NCBI GenBank assembly: GCA_041917755.1
Contig: JAYRWY010000003.1
Location: 8,563-72,562, forward strand
Direction of reading: 5' to 3'
Origin: Alphaproteobacteria bacterium
GTDB taxonomy: Bacteria > Pseudomonadota > Alphaproteobacteria > UBA9219 > RGZA01
Length of the DNA: 64,000 bases
In this document: positions 10,542-19,198 of the stretch, piece after piece
How the letters are laid out: the number at the start of each line of letters is the position of its first letter
Numbering within the stretch: position 1 is the first letter of the stretch
Notes under the pieces: generated by a model
What the model saw: the letters and a program-made list of their open reading frames with translations, nothing else
What the model was told of the DNA's origin: nothing
Database searches by the model: none
Position numbers and translations under genes: made by a program

Positions 10542-11839
10542 TTTTCTGTGGCGTAACGCGTTATACTCTTTTGCTTGGTGCGCGTGCGGCTGTGCTAATG
10601 CTGACGAATGGCAAAGACATCGAGACCAGTTGGATACTTCCATACAACAGCGATACATTTTATGAAACACTGTTAAATGCCATCAAACGCCATCCATTTT
10701 ATCCGTTAAAAATTGTGGTGGATTCAGCTCAGTTAGACGTACGCCTGGAATCTCTTCCTCCAACCAGTCCTTGGGCACGTCATAAACTGATTGAACGTCA
10801 ACGCGCCCATTTATTTCCGAAAGCCCAGCTCGAAACATCGTCTACCTACCGAGATGCCAATGGCAAGTGGATGGTATTGCATGCCGCCACCCCAGAAGAA
10901 GCTTGGCTGCAGCCGATCTTTGACAAACTCCAACAGATAGCTAATCCCATCGAACCGTTGTCATTTCTGGCAACCGAATGGTTCGATTTTGCTGGCCAGG
11001 TTTCAGTCATGCCTAAAAAAGGATGGGCATTTATCAATGTGCTAGGCGAAAGCTTTGGGTTGCGCCAATTGGTACTTAATGATGGTAAGCTGGTCTTTAC
11101 ACGTAGCCATCCAGACTGCGTTCCTAGTCTTCCTAAAGATGAATTGGCTCAGCGCATAGCGGCTCATATTCGATCAACGCAGGATTATCTGCCGCGCATT
11201 GATGCGTCATTGTTAAATGGTGTTATACCGCGCCTGTATGTGACCGAGCATCATAAGGAACTTACCGAAATTCCCGCACTCACCGCGCTGAATATTCAGC
11301 TCATCGCGATTGCTTCGCCAAAAACAGCGCACATACCTGCAGAATGGGCGGCTGACGTTGCATGGCTGCAGGTTGCGGCACAGGAAAAGCATGCAGCAAT
11401 GCCGATTGATACCAGCTGGCTCAAGCAAATGCGCGATGGCAGCATGAAGAAGCAGATTGCCCTATGGGTATTGATTTTCTTTGGCAGCGCAGGAATTTTT
11501 AGCGGTATGTCGATACTGACCAATGTTGATAGCGGACAACAGGTGCATCCCGCATCTGCGCCATCATTAGCCATGGAACCGGTTAAGCCCGTATCGGTTG
11601 TTGAACCCCCTTTGCCCACGCCGCCAGAGCTTAAACTTAACGCCGTGATTTATAATAATCCGCAGGATTGGGTTGTCTGGATTAATGGCGTAAAACATCT
11701 ACCGGGCGAGGACAAACAACATCTAACCATGTTGGATGTGTCGCCACAAACGGTGCTGGTTCATTGGCAAGATGGAAAAGCTGAACAACGCATCACCTTA
11801 AATTTGGTGCCGTCTATTCATACGGTTCAGCAGCCTTAG
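10538..11839 (+). CDS. bitopic pilus/secretion assembly protein: cytoplasmic domain + TM + periplasmic PilP/GspC-like HR domain (putative GspL/PilM-PilP fusion)
   Basis: Its start overlaps the platform gene stop (ATGA). There is a single TM helix (ALWVLIFFGSAGIFSGMSIL). The C-terminal segment LKLNAVIYNNPQDWVVWINGVKHLPGEDKQHLTMLDVSPQTVLVHWQDGKAEQRITLNL fits the PilP/GspC HR-domain pattern. Confidence 0.55.
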   Translation: MIFCGVTRYTLLLGARAAVLMLTNGKDIETSWILPYNSDTFYETLLNAIKRHPFYPLKIVVDSAQLDVRLESLPPTSPWARHKLIERQRAHLFPKAQLETSSTYRDANGKWMVLHAATPEEAWLQPIFDKLQQIANPIEPLSFLATEWFDFAGQVSVMPKKGWAFINVLGESFGLRQLVLNDGKLVFTRSHPDCVPSLPKDELAQRIAAHIRSTQDYLPRIDASLLNGVIPRLYVTEHHKELTEIPALTALNIQLIAIASPKTAHIPAEWAADVAWLQVAAQEKHAAMPIDTSWLKQMRDGSMKKQIALWVLIFFGSAGIFSGMSILTNVDSGQQVHPASAPSLAMEPVKPVSVVEPPLPTPPELKLNAVIYNNPQDWVVWINGVKHLPGEDKQHLTMLDVSPQTVLVHWQDGKAEQRITLNLVPSIHTVQQP

Positions 11840-12621
11840 TTATTTTCTAAAAATTGAATTCGTGCCTTGATGGCTTTGGCGGTTTGCGCATCCCCGCGCC
11901 AAAGGTTTTGTGCCTTTTTATATGCCGATATTGCGGGTTGATATTCGCCTTGTTCATCAAAGGCTCTGGCTTGTTCCAACAGCAAAGCAACACAATTGCT
12001 TCGTAATTGTAAATCATTCGGGGCTGATTTTATCGCGCTCATATATAATTCGATTGCTTTATTGATGTGACCAGTGGCGATGGCTTCATCAGCTTGTTGC
12101 TGCAATCGTTCAGATTTGGTCTGACTACGCGACGTCTCAACTTCAATGTAGCTTTTCGTCGTTAATGATGGTTTAGGCGACTGTGCAACAGGAAGGCGTT
12201 CTAACATGGGAACTAAATCCAGTTTTTCAGGCCCTTTAGATTTCTGGAAGTCTTTGCCCAATATAAATGCTTTGCTCGGTAATGGCGGAATAGCAGTGGC
12301 AGGAAACGCTGCTTCGGGTTCGTCATTATTTTTTATGTTCTGCACGGCGCTGGCCTGTATGCTTTGCGCGCTTATATGCTGTGCTTCGCGCCACATGTGA
12401 TTGAGTTGATCCCCTAACATGAACAGTGCAACAACGCTTGTTATAAAAAACGATATAATGGCGCCAAGCAGCGCATACAAAATATTCGGAGATGGCTGCC
12501 ATAGCCGTTGTTTGGAAAAATCAATCACCATAGGCTGCGCGGGCATGGGCGCGGCTTGCTCAGGCGTTAGCTTTGCCAGAGTAGGGGTGGTTTTAATTGT
12601 TTTCAAAATGATATGCGCCAT
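11836..12621 (-). CDS. membrane-anchored TPR-repeat protein
   Basis: One TM helix, a Pro-rich linker and TPR-like C-terminal helices (AIELYMSAIKSAPNDLQLRSNCVALLLEQARAFDEQGEY...). It lies downstream of atpF and is convergent with the pilus operon. Confidence 0.6.
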   Translation of the reverse strand: MAHIILKTIKTTPTLAKLTPEQAAPMPAQPMVIDFSKQRLWQPSPNILYALLGAIISFFITSVVALFMLGDQLNHMWREAQHISAQSIQASAVQNIKNNDEPEAAFPATAIPPLPSKAFILGKDFQKSKGPEKLDLVPMLERLPVAQSPKPSLTTKSYIEVETSRSQTKSERLQQQADEAIATGHINKAIELYMSAIKSAPNDLQLRSNCVALLLEQARAFDEQGEYQPAISAYKKAQNLWRGDAQTAKAIKARIQFLENN

Positions 12622-12668
12622 ACAATGGCAACCATATCACAGCTTATGCAGCAAGAAAAGTAGGGGGG

Positions 12669-13169
12669 TTAGGCTACGTTTTTAAGGGCTTTTGCCATAT
12701 CCGCAGTTTGCTGCTCGATAAGTTTCTTATCATGCTCAGTGCCCAGATGCGTGCGTAGGATAGCTTCTGCAGCCTTTAAAGCCACATCAACAGCCTGCGC
12801 GCGGATTTCTGTAGCGGCTTGTTCTTGAAGCAATTGAATGCGATCCAGTGCCTGTTGCTCGCGGCGCTTGAGTGTGACTTCTAACTCTTTTGCTGCTTGC
12901 GACTGAAGTAATCGTGCTTGTTCTTCTGCACGCGCAATAATCGCATCGGATTCTTTGAAAGCATTGTTGTGCTTGGCTTGGGTGTCTGCAAGCAACTGGG
13001 CTGCTTCCGCATGCAAGGCAGCTGCCTGATCTAATTCCTGCTTTACCTTCACGCCGTAATTATCAAGAGCGCTGGCAATAGCTTTGCCGCCGGCTTTCCA
13101 TGCAATCACAATGAAAATGATAAAGGAAAGTGCAAACCACGCAGTTGGGTCATTGAGTAATTCTTGCAT
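12669..13169 (-). CDS. atpF: F0F1 ATP synthase subunit b
   Basis: An N-terminal TM helix is followed by a long Ala/Gln/Glu-rich helix. The gene sits in the atpI-B-E-F'-F operon context. Confidence 0.85.
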   Translation of the reverse strand: MQELLNDPTAWFALSFIIFIVIAWKAGGKAIASALDNYGVKVKQELDQAAALHAEAAQLLADTQAKHNNAFKESDAIIARAEEQARLLQSQAAKELEVTLKRREQQALDRIQLLQEQAATEIRAQAVDVALKAAEAILRTHLGTEHDKKLIEQQTADMAKALKNVA

Positions 13170-13170
13170 G

Positions 13171-13875
13171 TTATGCCTTCCTTACTTTTTGAAGTGCAGC
13201 TTCAATATCTGATGCAGAAGGGGATATGCCAGCTACGCTTTTTACCAATGCGCCAACAACACTGACCACTTCTTTATCCAAGGTGGCAATGGCTTTATTC
13301 TTTTGCTCAAGAATACGCGCATCCGCAGCTTTGATATCGCTGTTTACTTTGGCCGTTTGTACGCTTAGCGCTTCGTTGGCTTTTTTGGCGCTTTCTTCAG
13401 TCACGGTTCGGGTTGCTGTTTGTGCATCCGAACGTGCTTTGGTCAGCCGTGTTTCATATTCAGCCATCAAATGTTTAGCAGCCTCGTTCTTGGCCTTAGA
13501 TCCACCAATATCTGTCGATATACGTTTTTCACGTGTTTCCAATGTTTTTTCAACGCTTGGCAAGGCCACGTGCTTCATCAGTACATAGGTCAACAAGAAG
13601 GTAATCGCTAGCCAAAATAACTGGCCAGGAAAACGGCTAATATCCATTTGTGGCAAGCCGCCAGAACCTTCACCATGCGAAGCATCACCATGCCCAGTTT
13701 CATGACCAGCTTCAGCACCATGCCCACCCGCAGTGGCAGGCGCAGCTTCTGGTTGTGCAACAGTTGCTTGCGCAGGGACTGGTGCATTTTTATGCGAACG
13801 GGCTGCGCTGGCTGGCGAAGCCAGACCAAACGACAGCACAATCATTGCACAAAAGAGAACAGCATGCTTCAGCAT
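13171..13875 (-). CDS. atpG: F0F1 ATP synthase subunit b' with an N-terminal extension
   Basis: The alphaproteobacterial b' signature LPQMDISRFPGQLFWLAITFLLTYVLM is preceded by a signal-peptide-like segment and a His/Gly-rich stretch. The ORF track extends to 13974. Confidence 0.8.
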   Translation of the reverse strand: MLKHAVLFCAMIVLSFGLASPASAARSHKNAPVPAQATVAQPEAAPATAGGHGAEAGHETGHGDASHGEGSGGLPQMDISRFPGQLFWLAITFLLTYVLMKHVALPSVEKTLETREKRISTDIGGSKAKNEAAKHLMAEYETRLTKARSDAQTATRTVTEESAKKANEALSVQTAKVNSDIKAADARILEQKNKAIATLDKEVVSVVGALVKSVAGISPSASDIEAALQKVRKA

Positions 13876-13903
13876 CGTGACCCTAATACGTCTGAGGTAT
13901 TGC

Positions 13904-14134
13904 TTACTTAGCAACGAACAGCAACAGCATGGATACAACGAAACCGAGCAACAGCACGAGTTCGGTAGCAGCAAAGCCGATGAAGCCAGTGGTGCTCATT
14001 TGCTTAGCAGCCGCTGGGTTGCGTGCGATACCTGAAAGCCATGCGGCAAAGATATTGCCAAGGCCGATACCGGCGCCAAGTGTACCAATCATGGCAATAC
14101 CGGCGGCGAGAAGTTTCATTGCAGCTGCATCCAT
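13904..14134 (-). CDS. atpE: F0F1 ATP synthase subunit c
   Basis: A 76-aa c-subunit hairpin that ends with a conserved acidic residue in helix 2 (ATELVLLLGFVV). Confidence 0.9.
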   Translation of the reverse strand: MDAAAMKLLAAGIAMIGTLGAGIGLGNIFAAWLSGIARNPAAAKQMSTTGFIGFAATELVLLLGFVVSMLLLFVAK

Positions 14135-14173
14135 TTGAGTCTCCTTTGTGATGCGTTTAAAAAAAATAGTAGG

Positions 14174-14953
14174 TTAGTGAAGTTCCAGCGCGTCGTGCAG
14201 ATACACAGCGGCCAAAATTGAGAAAATGTAAGCTTGTAATCCGGCTACAAAAAATTCAAATCCAGTCAGGGCGACGTTAAGCAAAACTGGAAGGGGTAAC
14301 AATATCATGGTAGCGCCGCCTGCGGTCATCAGCATCACGGCCATACCTGCGAACACTTTCAACATAATGTGTCCTGCCATCATGTTGGCGAACAGACGAA
14401 TGGAAAGGCTGAAAGGACGCACACAGAAGGACATCACTTCAAGCACAAACATTAACGGTACCATAACCAACGGTGTGCCATGCGGTACAAACAGGCTGAA
14501 GAAATGCAGGCCATGCTTGGCAAAGCCTGTGATAGTGACCGCCAAAAACACAATAAGTGCAAGGCAGAAGGTAACCAGAATATGTGATGTAACCGTAAAA
14601 CTGTACGGCACCATACCCAATAAATTGCAGAACAAAATAAAAATGAATATGGAGAAGATAAGCGGAAAGTAAGGCTTTGAATTTTCGCCAGCGGTATCGC
14701 TCACAATATTGGCAACGCTGTTATGCAGCATTTCGGCTGCAGCCTGAAAACGACCCGGAATAAGTGACTTTTTCTGCATGCCCAGTACAAAAAACACAGT
14801 AGAGCAAATCACTGCCAGAAACATAAACAGCGACGAATTAGTCAATGAAACGTCATAGCCTGCAACGTTCAGTGGCAAGATGGTGTTAATTTCAAATTGA
14901 TGGAGTGGTGAACTCATTGAAGGGGCAGGGTAAGTCGTGAAAATGTGAATCAA
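14174..14953 (-). CDS. atpB: F0F1 ATP synthase subunit a
   Basis: A polytopic protein that carries the conserved SLSIRLFANMMAGH motif. Confidence 0.9.
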   Translation of the reverse strand: MIHIFTTYPAPSMSSPLHQFEINTILPLNVAGYDVSLTNSSLFMFLAVICSTVFFVLGMQKKSLIPGRFQAAAEMLHNSVANIVSDTAGENSKPYFPLIFSIFIFILFCNLLGMVPYSFTVTSHILVTFCLALIVFLAVTITGFAKHGLHFFSLFVPHGTPLVMVPLMFVLEVMSFCVRPFSLSIRLFANMMAGHIMLKVFAGMAVMLMTAGGATMILLPLPVLLNVALTGFEFFVAGLQAYIFSILAAVYLHDALELH

Positions 14954-15065
14954 AAACCGCGCTTCTTATCGGAAAGAACGGGAAAAATGTCAAATAGAAA
15001 AGGGTGGTTAAAAAACCACCCGTTTTTATTGGGGTATTTTCGTGGTTTTGAACCGCATCAGCGGA

Positions 15066-15434
15066 TTAAGAATGCGGATTTTCTTGGTTATTGGCTTTTT
15101 TTGCGCGGGGCAAATCAATATCGTGACTTCCAAGCTCAGACTTGGGTGCCGCTTTATACTTCAATCCTACTTTTTCGGTATCCACATTCATCACGCGCCA
15201 TGCGTTATAAACGCCAGTTATAAAGCCAACAAAGAACAGAATAAGGGTTATCCAGGGGGTGGTGCCAAGCTGGGAATCAATCGCAAATCCGATACCGGCA
15301 AAAAACAAGGTCGCAATCAGGAATTCATATCCAATCCGTCCTGCGCTAGCACTGGATTTTTGGAAGCCAGTTTTTTTACCATCTGCGCGATCTTTTTCGA
15401 ACGCACGGATTTTTTTATCCAAATCGGTTTTCAC
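15066..15434 (-). CDS. atpI: ATP synthase protein I / AtpI-like small membrane protein
   Basis: 122 aa with two TM helices, located immediately upstream of atpB as in alphaproteobacterial F0 operons. Confidence 0.7.
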   Translation of the reverse strand: MKTDLDKKIRAFEKDRADGKKTGFQKSSASAGRIGYEFLIATLFFAGIGFAIDSQLGTTPWITLILFFVGFITGVYNAWRVMNVDTEKVGLKYKAAPKSELGSHDIDLPRAKKANNQENPHS

Positions 15435-15477
15435 GTGATGGACCCTTTTAGTCTGGGAAGTAAGTACCTATCCCAGC

Positions 15478-16227
15478 CTATATCCTTGTCAGCATGCTTG
15501 CAACCAGAGGATGGCGAACAACGTCGGTGACCTCTAATTCGACCACTGCGATGCCTTTAACCCCATCCAGTTTTTTGGCGATATCTTTATAGCCTGACAT
15601 GCCCGGCAGCAAATCGCTCTGATCAGGATCACCCGTCAAGACCATGGTGGAATGCCAGCCAAGCCGCGTGAGCAACATTTTGATTTGTGCGTAGGTGCAG
15701 TTCTGCACTTCATCAATAACCACAAAGGCATTGTTGAGCGTGCGTCCGCGCATATATCCGATAGGCGCAATTTCAATCGCCCCATCAGCTAAGTGCTGTT
15801 TTAAACGCTTGCCGCCAATACGGTCATTTAGTGCGTCATAGAGCGGACGAAGGTATGGGGCCATCTTTTCCTGCAAATCACCGGGCAAGAACCCGATGCT
15901 TTCACCTGCTTCAATGGCAGGGCGGGAGAGAATAATCCGATCAACGGTTCCTGCTTCAAGCGCTTCAACAGCTGCACTAATAGCAAGATAGGTTTTACCA
16001 GTACCCGCAGGGCCTACAGCAAGCGTAAGGTTATGCGTAGACAGCGCTTCCATCAGTCGCGCTTGGTTATTGTTTTGCGGCTTTATCTTGCGGATGTAGC
16101 TCTGATCACGGCGATCTTCCTCATCTTTTATCGGAGACCACTTTTGATTAAACAGAACTTCCACATTGGACTTTCTGTTCTCAGCACCACGTTTATTACT
16201 CTGGAACTTATCCGAGCGTTTACCCAT
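15478..16227 (-). CDS. phoH: PhoH family ATPase
   Basis: Walker A LAVGPAGTGKTYLA in a PhoH-like fold. An ATG with a GGAGAA RBS lies at 16227 (ORF track extends to 16287). Confidence 0.85.
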   Translation of the reverse strand: MGKRSDKFQSNKRGAENRKSNVEVLFNQKWSPIKDEEDRRDQSYIRKIKPQNNNQARLMEALSTHNLTLAVGPAGTGKTYLAISAAVEALEAGTVDRIILSRPAIEAGESIGFLPGDLQEKMAPYLRPLYDALNDRIGGKRLKQHLADGAIEIAPIGYMRGRTLNNAFVVIDEVQNCTYAQIKMLLTRLGWHSTMVLTGDPDQSDLLPGMSGYKDIAKKLDGVKGIAVVELEVTDVVRHPLVASMLTRI

Positions 16228-16759
16228 ATACTTTTCTCCATGCTGTGAGGGTGAGGGTGGTTGCTTCAGACACAGCATGAGCCGCACTCATACTGGATAT
16301 GAACTGGTGAATTGAATTTTGTATGATTTTTGAATTTTCAGATTTTAGGACAAAAGATTGCCCGGCGCGTTGCGCTAGTTCTTGTGCAGTGTTGAGATCA
16401 AAGCGATTACTTATCGCCGTTCTCCTTCCGGATGTAGGACTTGAAGTCCTGTTACCCTAATGTGGCGTTCAACGTTCTGATAAGTTAACGTTTTTAGCCC
16501 CACTTATCCACAGTTTAGGCCAAAAAGGTTAATCTAACGTTTAACCATTATTACCGTACCGCAGCATAATCCGGATTGTTATCGATTCCTTCGATTCCAA
16601 GGGTGAATAGGGCAGATTGTTACTATTTGGGCACTATCGGCTTGGCTGGCCATGCGAATAATAATCCAGCACTTTTCCTTGACTTTGGCCTTGGCTATCG
16701 CCTAGTTTCCTGCCTTCCATTACGGTATTTCGGTAAGTTGTTGGACTAAGGAACATAGT

Positions 16760-16885
16760 ATGAAAATCGCTAATTCATTAAAAGGCCTGCGCAAGCGCGA
16801 TGCAAATTGCATCTTGGTGCGTCGTAAAGGTCGCGTATACATCATTAATAAGCTCAAGAAGCGTTATAAAGCACGCCAAGGTTAA
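16760..16885 (+). CDS. rpmJ: 50S ribosomal protein L36
   Basis: A 41-aa ORF translating to [41 protein letters not shown]. It is absent from the ORF track because it is under 60 aa. Confidence 0.85.
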   Translation: MKIANSLKGLRKRDANCILVRRKGRVYIINKLKKRYKARQG

Positions 16886-17027
16886 GTAACTAACTTTAGT
16901 TACTGGGGTTAATAAATTACCTCAGAGTTTGGCGCTATTACTTTCAAATTTTCGGCTTTTTTTGTGATACAGTTTGGTCAGTAGATAGAACGTAATCAAA
17001 AAGTTTTGAATTTGGTGGACAAGAAGT

Positions 17028-17348
17028 ATGGCTAACTCGCTCGAAGACATTCTAAAAAGCCGTTTCGGTCGTTTCGACCGTTTTGACGTTATGCGCTGGC
17101 TGTTGCGCGGCCATAAAACCATCAATAAAGCCGAGCAAATGTCGTTGTTAAGCCTATTGGCCTACACGGCACTTGAAACGGATAGCTCTGTTGAAGAATT
17201 ACAAAAGACGTTTCTAGATTCGTTCAACATTACACGCGTTGAAGACCTCAAAAGCGATGACTACAACGAAGCTGTACATTTCCTTATGGAATGGAAGGCA
17301 CGCCAAGACGAACTGATTGAACAGCCTGCTGAGCAAAAAGCTGGCTAG
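17028..17348 (+). CDS. hypothetical protein
   Basis: A 106-aa acidic ORF with no recognizable family. Confidence 0.4.
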   Translation: MANSLEDILKSRFGRFDRFDVMRWLLRGHKTINKAEQMSLLSLLAYTALETDSSVEELQKTFLDSFNITRVEDLKSDDYNEAVHFLMEWKARQDELIEQPAEQKAG

Positions 17349-17435
17349 ACGTTCTGATTCATCGCTGAATCGCTAACATCCCATCCAATACAGGTTTATA
17401 GTTTGCTTCCTGATTAAATTTACGGGAGGCAAGCC

Positions 17436-17720
17436 ATGTCAAACTCTGTTTCAAGCTCTATTTCAAAATTTGTTCCTTATATCCTGTGCGCTGTTGTGGG
17501 CGCGATCATCGCAATCGCTACGGTGCTTGTGAATGATGCAAACGCATCTACCTCAACGGGTGCTGGACGGGTCATGGGCGCGTACCTGCTTATGCAGCAC
17601 AGCAATCCAACCGCATCTGCCGGCGTATTTCGTGTGAACGTCAATACGGGATATGTCAGTTATTGCTATATCGACCAAACCAGTAAGCCTGGCGTGACCT
17701 GCACAGCGGAAACTCCTTGA
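17436..17720 (+). CDS. hypothetical small membrane/secreted protein
   Basis: Has a GGAGG RBS. An N-terminal hydrophobic helix (FVPYILCAVVGAIIAIATVLV) is present. Confidence 0.45.
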   Translation: MSNSVSSSISKFVPYILCAVVGAIIAIATVLVNDANASTSTGAGRVMGAYLLMQHSNPTASAGVFRVNVNTGYVSYCYIDQTSKPGVTCTAETP

Positions 17721-17800
17721 GCGCACAAAAATACAAAATTGATTCGGAACAATGGGTTATGGCCCGTTGTTAAACCGCTAATCACTGTCAATTCAACTGC

Positions 17801-18343
17801 TTGGACGGAAAAGCCACACTTGCCAAAATCATTAACAGCCCCTCTTGCAGTTTTAACAAATGCAAAGCACACTATCCAATACCAACTGATTCAGACATTT
17901 TTACCGGAGTTGCTAACGTGAATTTAGATGTTCGTGCGCTCAATGTGTGGCGTAAAGTCTTAGTAACTGGCGTACGCAGCAAGGGCCCAGACCTTTCCGC
18001 CCGCCAAATGGCCCTTATGCTGACAGTATATTTGGAAGAGGGGCCGCACACTGTTCGTGGCCTTGCAAGTTACCTTAACATTTCCAAGCCTGCCATCAGC
18101 CGCGCCCTCGACAGATTGGGCGAGCTTGATTTCGTGAAACGTCGCCGTGATGAAAAAGATAAGCGCAACGTATTGGTTCAACGTACCGTAAAGGGTTCGG
18201 CGTTCCTGGTTGAGTTTGTTCAAAGCATTCAGGAAGCAAACCGTACCGCTGATGAATCACTGAAACCTTCCATCTTCCTTGAGCTTGCAGAAATGGCCAA
18301 AGAAGACGAAACGTCAGAAAACAGCGAAGCCCAAGCCGCTTAA
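17801..18343 (+). CDS. MarR family transcriptional regulator
   Basis: Winged-helix region SARQMALMLTVYLEEGPHTVRGLASYLNISKPAISRALDRLGELDFV. The likely true start is the GTG at 17918. Confidence 0.7.
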   Translation: MDGKATLAKIINSPSCSFNKCKAHYPIPTDSDIFTGVANVNLDVRALNVWRKVLVTGVRSKGPDLSARQMALMLTVYLEEGPHTVRGLASYLNISKPAISRALDRLGELDFVKRRRDEKDKRNVLVQRTVKGSAFLVEFVQSIQEANRTADESLKPSIFLELAEMAKEDETSENSEAQAA

Positions 18344-18352
18344 GAGTAACCC

Positions 18353-19198
18353 ATGGTTAAACATGGGGCTGCACTTGATCCACGTATCCATCCATATCGC
18401 AGCGATATCGCAGCTGAGAAGCTTCGCGACAGCGTAACGGCGTCTCGTTTTGTTGAAGGCGAGTTATTGACCGTCACCTCAGGTATTATGCCCCTGCGTA
18501 AATCCCCCGACACGACTGCAGAGCAGATCAGTGAAATGCGTTACGGAGACAGCTTCACCTCCTATGAATCCAAGGATGGCTGGTATTGGGGGCAATGTGA
18601 ACGGGATGGTTATGTGGGGTATGTCTACAATACTGGTTTATCCAGCGCGTCATCAAATCCAACCCATCGTATAAAAAAACAAACCTCATTTTTGTTTTCG
18701 GAACCATCCATTAAATCACCACCTATTGATACCCTGACTTTTTTCAGTGCGGTTGAAGTAATTGGCGGCGACCAAAAATTCTTAGAATTGAAAAACGGCG
18801 GGTTTATTCATGCCCATCATTTAACCTCCATCATAGATTGGCGGGAGCGGGACGTGGTCTTTAACGCGGGCCGCATGCTGGGTGTCCCTTATTTGTGGGG
18901 TGGTAATACGCCCATGGGACTTGATTGCTCTGGTTTAATCCAATTGGCCTGCGAGGCATCAGGTCTATATTGCCCGCGTGATAGTGATATGCAGGCCGCC
19001 GGCTTGGGTATTGAAACGCCTGACCCATCCAATCTGCATCGAGGCGATATCGTCTTTTTCCCGGGCCATGTCGGTATCATGACCGACCAAAGCGCATTAT
19101 TGCATGCCAATGCCTATCATGGCTGCGTAGTAGTTGAACCACTACAGGACGTGGTAGCACGGGGCAGCAAGATAACTGCAGTCCGTCGTCTAGCTTAA
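18353..19198 (+). CDS. NlpC/P60 (C40) family peptidase with N-terminal SH3b-like domains
   Basis: Catalytic segment GLDCSGLIQLA ... HVGIM ... H. No signal peptide is present. Confidence 0.8.
   Translation: MVKHGAALDPRIHPYRSDIAAEKLRDSVTASRFVEGELLTVTSGIMPLRKSPDTTAEQISEMRYGDSFTSYESKDGWYWGQCERDGYVGYVYNTGLSSASSNPTHRIKKQTSFLFSEPSIKSPPIDTLTFFSAVEVIGGDQKFLELKNGGFIHAHHLTSIIDWRERDVVFNAGRMLGVPYLWGGNTPMGLDCSGLIQLACEASGLYCPRDSDMQAAGLGIETPDPSNLHRGDIVFFPGHVGIMTDQSALLHANAYHGCVVVEPLQDVVARGSKITAVRRLA

Noticed and set aside
13608-13880. Overlapping ORFs 13608-13841(-), 13650-13880(+) and 13733-14035(+) with His/Gln-rich translations
   Set aside because: They are shadow frames of the GC- and His-codon-rich N-terminal extension of the atpF' gene and of atpE. 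No independent support exists.
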